NCBI GenBank assembly: GCA_902550225.1
Contig: CACCYL010000006.1
Span: 905 to 64,904, forward strand
Source: an uncultured Alphaproteobacteria bacterium
GTDB taxonomy: Bacteria; Pseudomonadota; Alphaproteobacteria; Methylaequorales; Methylaequoraceae
Reading direction: 5' to 3'
Length of the DNA stretch: 64,000 bases
Part shown: in pieces, positions 58,772-64,000 of the stretch
Layout of the letters: each line of letters starts with the position of its first letter
Position numbering within the stretch: the first letter of the stretch is position 1
Program-made: the position numbers and the translations under genes
The notes under the pieces: generated by a model
What the model was told of the DNA's origin: nothing
The model's database searches: none
What the model saw: the letters and a program-made list of their open reading frames with translations, nothing else

Positions 58772-61264
58772 ATGAATAAATTATTAAACATAGTTTTAAC
58801 AAATCCAAAAAAAATTTGTTCCTTATTCGTTTTTATTTCGTTGATCTCTTTAGTACTTATCTCTAATCTCAAAATAAATACATCAACCGATTCACTTATA
58901 AACGAAAATTTAGACTTTAAAAAAAATCAAAAAAAACTCAAAGATTCTTTTAAAGTTCTTAACAATAATATTTTAATAAGAATTAGGGGGGGAAATTATG
59001 ATGAAGTAAAATTTGCAAGTGAAAAGTTTGTAAAAAAGTTGAATGATTTGGATGGTGTTTCTTTCATTTTTTCACCAAATCTAGATAAAAATCTGAAAAA
59101 AAATTTTTTTCTTTTTCTGAATGACTTTGAAAAAGATAATTTGATACAAAAAATATATGAATCTCAGCCTTTTTTATCTCAAATAAATAATCATGAGAAT
59201 AAGCTGGAAGGTCTAAATAATATTTTAGAATTATCATTAAAATCAGATTCAAAAGAAGATAAAGACAGCTTTGCCAATATATTTAAAATTTTTAATGAAT
59301 CTCTTTTATTAAAAAAAAAAGTTGAGTGGACAAATATTTTATCCTCTCAAAAAAATGAGTTTTTTATTCTTTTTGGGTTATCTGAAGAATTTCTTGAAAA
59401 GAATTCATTTAAAGTCATTTACGAATCACTTATTAATTTTAAGTCAGACCAAAGCCCTAAAATACAAGTAGATTACACTGGGGGGCTATTAATTGACTAT
59501 GAAGAAGTTGCGTCAGTTTCTTCTGGAGCTTCATTTTCTGGTTTGCTAAGTTTTGTATTGGTCGCAATTTTACTTTGGATAGCATTTAAAGACTTGTATT
59601 TATTGTTTTCGATAGTTTTAACTATTATTTTGGGTTTAGTTATTACACTCGGTATTACAACATTAGCAATTGGTTCATTAAATCTAATCTCTGTAGCATT
59701 TGCCGTATTATTTATAGGTCTTTCTGTTGATTATGGGATTCAAATTTGCTCAAGAATTAAAGAAAAGAATTTTTTAAAACATGAGACTATTAAAGAAAAA
59801 ACAAAAATTATTGAGTCAATTGGGAAAACATTATTCATAGCTTCAATTCCTTCTGTAGTAGGTTTTTTATCGTTCATCCCAACTGATTATGTTGGTTTGT
59901 CAGAACTTGGTATCATTTCAGCAATCGGTTTGTTAGTTGGACTAATTTTAAACACATTTTTTTTACCTTGTTTACTCGAACTTTTTTTAAAAAAAAAAAA
60001 AATTGGTTTTATAGAGTTGAATTCGAATCTTTATGAACATTTTCTAATTAACAATAAAAATAAAATATTAATAATTTTTTTTATTATTGCTTTTTTTACG
60101 TCTTTCAACCTAAGTAAGATTACTTTTGATTCAGATGCTTTAAACTTAAAAGATCAAGAGCTGCAATCTGTAAAACTTGCTAAAGAGTTAATTGAAAATA
60201 ATCCTACGTCGGATTATATTGCTTCCGTAATTTTTACAGAAAAAGAATTAAAGAGTTTCAAATACGATCATCCAATTTTTCAGAATGATATTGTGAGTGG
60301 TTATTTTTCTTATGAAAAAATCTTTGAAAAATATGAATCTGAAGATTTGGATTATCTTAAATTCTTACTATCTAATAAAAAATTTGAGAAACCTTCAGAC
60401 GGGGGTGACCAAATAGCAAGATTGAGTTTACTTCTTGACAAATATATTCAAGGAGATTTTGGTCAAGTATCTTTGAATGCAAAACAGTTAAAAGATAATA
60501 TTTCGTTATTTCAAAGTGATAAAAATTCATACCTCGAAATTGAAGAAATTTTTTTTGAGAAATTTGATGATCTCCTATCAGTTGTTTTAAATCTTGGTTC
60601 TATTCCAGATAACTTGTCTAGTGAAATATCTGAAAATTTTAGTAACAGATATATCTCTGATAATAATTTATTTCGTGTAGAAATTTTTCCGAGTAGAGAC
60701 TTATCAAAACCAGAGGATCTTAGAGAATTTGTAAGTACTGTAGAGACTTTTTTTCCAGGAGCTTCCGGTATGCCTATAGTTCAATTTAATGCAGGAAAAA
60801 TAGTTATTGGTTCGTTTAAACAAGCTTTAATAATTTCACTTTTTTTCTTAATTTTATTTTTATTTTTAATTTTTAGAAAGGTAAATTATGTTTTAGTTTG
60901 CGTAAGTTCATTACTTTGTGCATTCATTTTAACAATCTTTTTTATGATTGTGTTAAAATTAAACTTTAATTTTGCAAATATGATTGCGATACCCTTGCTT
61001 TTTAGTTTAGGTGTTAGTTATCCAATATATTTTTTAAAGCGATTTGATGAACTAGCAGATTTTAAAAAACTATGCTCCTCAAACACGCCTTTGGCAATTT
61101 TATTTAGCGGCTTAACAACAATTTTTTCATTTAGTACATTATTTTTCTCTTCACATAATGGAACATCTTCTATGGGTCTTTTGTTATTTATTTCATTATC
61201 AAATACATTGATAACTAGTCTTATTTTACTCCCAATTTTTATTAAAATATTTAGAATTAAATAA
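58772..61264 (+). CDS. MMPL/RND-superfamily exporter (COG1033, HpnN-like)
   Basis: 830 aa with two repeats of soluble loop + 5-6 TM bundle. GLSVDYGIQI motif in the first bundle. Confidence 0.8.
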   Translation: MNKLLNIVLTNPKKICSLFVFISLISLVLISNLKINTSTDSLINENLDFKKNQKKLKDSFKVLNNNILIRIRGGNYDEVKFASEKFVKKLNDLDGVSFIFSPNLDKNLKKNFFLFLNDFEKDNLIQKIYESQPFLSQINNHENKLEGLNNILELSLKSDSKEDKDSFANIFKIFNESLLLKKKVEWTNILSSQKNEFFILFGLSEEFLEKNSFKVIYESLINFKSDQSPKIQVDYTGGLLIDYEEVASVSSGASFSGLLSFVLVAILLWIAFKDLYLLFSIVLTIILGLVITLGITTLAIGSLNLISVAFAVLFIGLSVDYGIQICSRIKEKNFLKHETIKEKTKIIESIGKTLFIASIPSVVGFLSFIPTDYVGLSELGIISAIGLLVGLILNTFFLPCLLELFLKKKKIGFIELNSNLYEHFLINNKNKILIIFFIIAFFTSFNLSKITFDSDALNLKDQELQSVKLAKELIENNPTSDYIASVIFTEKELKSFKYDHPIFQNDIVSGYFSYEKIFEKYESEDLDYLKFLLSNKKFEKPSDGGDQIARLSLLLDKYIQGDFGQVSLNAKQLKDNISLFQSDKNSYLEIEEIFFEKFDDLLSVVLNLGSIPDNLSSEISENFSNRYISDNNLFRVEIFPSRDLSKPEDLREFVSTVETFFPGASGMPIVQFNAGKIVIGSFKQALIISLFFLILFLFLIFRKVNYVLVCVSSLLCAFILTIFFMIVLKLNFNFANMIAIPLLFSLGVSYPIYFLKRFDELADFKKLCSSNTPLAILFSGLTTIFSFSTLFFSSHNGTSSMGLLLFISLSNTLITSLILLPIFIKIFRIK

Positions 61265-61721
61265 TTTCCCAGTTTCCGTCTTTATTTCTGCATGCTGAAG
61301 AATTTTCTTCAAATATTTCATTATTTTTTCTAATTACCTTTTTAAAATCTCTGCAATCTCGATTTTTCATTTTATAATTATTTAGTGGAACTACTTCACC
61401 AGTAATATTCTGATTCTCATTACTTTGCCAGGATTCACTTGCATTATCAGGTGAAAAATTGAGAGAATTTTCAATCACGTTATTAAATTCTTCTCTTTCT
61501 TTTTTACTTAAAATTTCTACAATTTTACCACCTAAGATATATCCAGCTGCGCCGCCTAAAATAACAGAAATATCTTTTGCGGCTCCAGAACCGATTTTAG
61601 AACCAACATATCCTCCTACTGCTGCACCAATAATTTGACCGAATACTTTTTTATCACTTGTATTTTCGCATGAAACAATTAAAAAGATTAAAGAAAATAT
61701 TAAAATTTTATATTTGTACAT
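61257..61721 (-). CDS. lipoprotein with glycine-zipper segment and surface-antigen-like C-terminal domain
   Basis: Lipobox LIVSC. GAAVGGYVGSKIGSG..GGAAGYILGG. C-terminal CRDF...ACRNKDGNW. Paralogue of 39321..39794. Confidence 0.65.
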   Translation of the reverse strand: MYKYKILIFSLIFLIVSCENTSDKKVFGQIIGAAVGGYVGSKIGSGAAKDISVILGGAAGYILGGKIVEILSKKEREEFNNVIENSLNFSPDNASESWQSNENQNITGEVVPLNNYKMKNRDCRDFKKVIRKNNEIFEENSSACRNKDGNWEII

Positions 61722-61749
61722 TATCCATACTTAATAATTATTAAATTAA

Positions 61750-63069
61750 CTACAACTTTTCCTTAATATCGAATCCTCTAAAACATTTGAATCTTGGAAA
61801 CCTTAAACTCCAGTGTTCACCATCCTGACTTTTACTAATAGAATCTGCCTTGATTTCCACTATTTGACCAATTAATTTATGTTTGTCTCTCCAAAAAGAT
61901 TCTCTTTGTTCGTCTGAAAATCCAGAACCTATATTCAATCTAAAAAACTTATCGTTGTCAACGCCTTCAGCAATGATTGCTCCTAATTTACCTGAATTTC
62001 TTCCAGTTCCTTCTTCAAAATCTTTCACTTCAAGAGATATTTCTATGACAGGTTTTAATTTTAACCATGTTGTAGATCTTTTGCATTCATAAAATGATTC
62101 TGGATCTTTTATCATAATACCCTCGTAACCTTGAACTATAGATTCATTATTAAAATTTCTAAAAACAGACAGGCCCTCAGAACAATCGAGATTTATAATT
62201 TTTTTTTCAATCAATTTAATTTTATCTGAATTCTTAATAAAACGATCGTACCAATTTTTTAAATTTAAAGTTCTTAACTTATATGTTTTTTTGTAAACAC
62301 CAACTTTAAATTTTTCAAATGGAAGAAAATCAAATAAAAATAGTTTTGCATCTTGATTTTGAATAACTTCCTTTCTATGAATTTGTTTCATTAGTTCCTG
62401 AAAATTCTGACTAACAACTTCTCCGTCAATTACTATTGCTTCATCTAAGGGATTAATTCTAATTTTTTCTCTTAATTCTTGTTGCAAATTATTAAAATTT
62501 GTTAATTCTTTTCCATTTCTACTAAACATGTCTACTTTTCCGTTTGGGTATAAAACAGTAATGACTCTCACGCCATCTAACTTTACCTCAAGAATTTTTT
62601 CTCCAGTTAGTTTTTTTTGATGTAACTCTGAATCTTGTGCTAATTGACACGCAAAAACAGGAATTATAAATTCAACAAAACCATTTTTTTTTGCTACATT
62701 GTTTATAGTTTTCTCTGAGAGCCCACATCTCATGTCTTTTTGTAAAATTCTTTTATAAAAAAAATTCCATTCATCTATATGTGATTTTTCCATTTTTTCT
62801 AAAATTTCATCTCTTGCTGCATGACCAGTTAATTTTCTAGATATTAGTTTTTCGGCCAATTGACTAAATTCTGACCATTCTAAACCATCTCCACTCGATT
62901 GAGATTTTGGAACTTGTTTAACACCGAAAGTCAAAAGTTTATTGTAAGCTAGACTCATTCCTTTAAAAAATACTTCGTTTTTATTTTTCATTTCGTTAAG
63001 AATTATTTCTTCTTTTGATAACCTAGAATTCGTAGACTCAAGTTTTTGAATGATTTTAAAATTTTCCAT
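61750..63069 (-). CDS. ATP-dependent DNA ligase (N-terminal accessory domain + adenylation domain + OB domain)
   Basis: Motif I EVKLDGVR, III VIDGEVV, IIIa LFLFDFL, IV EGIMIKD, V WLKLKP, VI LRFPRF. About 150-aa N-terminal extra domain. Confidence 0.88.
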   Translation of the reverse strand: MENFKIIQKLESTNSRLSKEEIILNEMKNKNEVFFKGMSLAYNKLLTFGVKQVPKSQSSGDGLEWSEFSQLAEKLISRKLTGHAARDEILEKMEKSHIDEWNFFYKRILQKDMRCGLSEKTINNVAKKNGFVEFIIPVFACQLAQDSELHQKKLTGEKILEVKLDGVRVITVLYPNGKVDMFSRNGKELTNFNNLQQELREKIRINPLDEAIVIDGEVVSQNFQELMKQIHRKEVIQNQDAKLFLFDFLPFEKFKVGVYKKTYKLRTLNLKNWYDRFIKNSDKIKLIEKKIINLDCSEGLSVFRNFNNESIVQGYEGIMIKDPESFYECKRSTTWLKLKPVIEISLEVKDFEEGTGRNSGKLGAIIAEGVDNDKFFRLNIGSGFSDEQRESFWRDKHKLIGQIVEIKADSISKSQDGEHWSLRFPRFKCFRGFDIKEKL

Positions 63070-63796
63070 CTAATATATTTTGAATATTTATTTGATATCT
63101 ACAATATTTACAACCATTACCACTGACTGGAACCTTATCACAATTTAAATTTTGATATATTCTATCAAGAGTTGGCTCAATCCAAGTGTGGTCAAGCTCC
63201 CTCTCAAAAATCAACAATTGAAAATCAATTATTTCCGTTGAGTTTGGAAGATCCTCAGAAGCATTCAAATAAACAAGTATACCTGTTGAACCTACTTTCA
63301 TTGAGTTTTTTTTTAAAAGAAAAGAATATAATGAGAGTTGTTTCCAGTAGCCTGGCCAAATATTTTCTGAACTAATATTTTTTTTACGCGACGTACTTTT
63401 TATAATGACCGGATAGTTATTTTCAGTCTCTTTACATAGCCAAATATCATCAAGATTAGCTCTAATTTTTAAGTTTGTCTTTTTATCAATGTAATTTATT
63501 CCTTTAAATGGATGTGTCCAATTATCCAGTGATTCATTGTTAATAGGAACTAATTTTTTATTTATGATTTTTGTTTCTGGTATAACTTTTCCTAGATTTC
63601 GATATTTATTCAAAGTATTTTTGAAATGATTTACAACAAAATTATTGATAACCAAAGGTGTACCATGGGGTCTTTTTATGCCATGTTTTTGGTCTAAGTA
63701 AAAACATCTACTACAATCGAAAAATAAATCAATTTTCGATCGATTTATCGAAAATGGTGTAAGATTATTTTTAATATATAACTTTTTTTTCCACAC
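63056..63796 (-). CDS. PD-(D/E)XK (Cas4/RecB-like) nuclease with putative Fe-S cysteine cluster
   Basis: N-terminal FFDCSRCFYL, QLSLYSFLL (QxxxY-like), C-terminal C..(9)..CKYC. 14-nt overlap with the ligase start. Confidence 0.65.
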   Translation of the reverse strand: MWKKKLYIKNNLTPFSINRSKIDLFFDCSRCFYLDQKHGIKRPHGTPLVINNFVVNHFKNTLNKYRNLGKVIPETKIINKKLVPINNESLDNWTHPFKGINYIDKKTNLKIRANLDDIWLCKETENNYPVIIKSTSRKKNISSENIWPGYWKQLSLYSFLLKKNSMKVGSTGILVYLNASEDLPNSTEIIDFQLLIFERELDHTWIEPTLDRIYQNLNCDKVPVSGNGCKYCRYQINIQNILDGKF

Positions 63797-63948
63797 TTAC
63801 TTTTTTTTTTGTTAAACAATTTAAGTATAGACAATATAACAAAAAGTTTTTATTTATCTAAATACAAAAATTATAACTAGTTATTTTAAAAAATTAATTG
63901 GTTTAAAATTAAAATTGACAATTTTTTTTTTTTTGAAATTATCACTTT

Positions 63949-64000
63949 ATGTACTTATTATTAATTTTCTTCATTCCAAAGTTAATTTTTTCACTTGAGT
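63949..64000 (+). CDS. possible 5' end of a membrane/exported protein gene running off the window
   Basis: ATG 63949 opens a hydrophobic reading frame (MYLLLIFFIPKLIFSLE) that is still open at the window edge. Only 17 codons are visible. Confidence 0.25.
   Translation, partial: MYLLLIFFIPKLIFSLE

Noticed and set aside
63915-63943. TTGACA at 63915-63920 followed by a T14 run and an ATTATC-like -10 element upstream of the possible ORF at 63949
   Set aside because: The -10 match is poor and such hexamers are abundant in this AT-rich spacer. It cannot be distinguished from chance without transcript data.
1-64000. Scan for CRISPR arrays, rRNA genes, integrases/transposases, IS inverted repeats, prophage structural genes and toxin-antitoxin pairs
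   Set aside because: I saw no regularly spaced direct repeats, no rRNA-like conserved blocks and no ORF with recombinase, transposase, capsid or terminase motifs. The only mobile-element signature is the tRNA half-repeat reported above.

Overview
AT-rich, very gene-dense alphaproteobacterial chromosome segment with about 70 CDS. Most spacers are 0-50 nt and many neighbouring genes overlap by 1-17 nt. Composition, packing and gene content fit a streamlined marine Pelagibacterales (SAR11)-like genome; that assignment is inference. Most of the window is housekeeping: clpS-clpA, NDUFA12/MlaD/DUF2155 cluster, aat, accBC-aroQ, RNase E, amiC-PBP1A-prfB (with a programmed +1 frameshift), bcp, an AsmA-like giant protein, tyrS, anmK, a complete cysE-iscSUA-hscBA-fdx-iscX-mnmA string, ALDH-DUF485-actP, hisI-folE, and a tkt-pgk-fba-rpe string running directly into an RND pump. 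The clearest accessory region is about 32.9-39.8 kb. It starts with a GC-richer cytochrome c / PQQ-dehydrogenase pair with strong SD sites and a clean terminator, then a tRNA-Met(CAT). A degenerate copy of the tRNA 3' half lies 1.2 kb downstream (att-like island scar). After it come two FkbM methyltransferases and five unrecognisable secreted or envelope proteins. Other items worth follow-up: an overlapping Cas4-like Fe-S nuclease + three-domain ATP-dependent DNA ligase pair at the right edge; an orphan ORF matching only the C-terminal third of class II ribonucleotide reductase; an orphan formylmethanofuran-dehydrogenase-subunit-A-like amidohydrolase; a non-canonical GUU_UGA prfB shift site; and an exported SRPBCC + YVTN propeller pair divergent from an MMPL exporter. 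I saw no CRISPR array, rRNA, integrase, transposase or recognisable prophage. All family assignments rest on motif recognition by eye, not on database searches.
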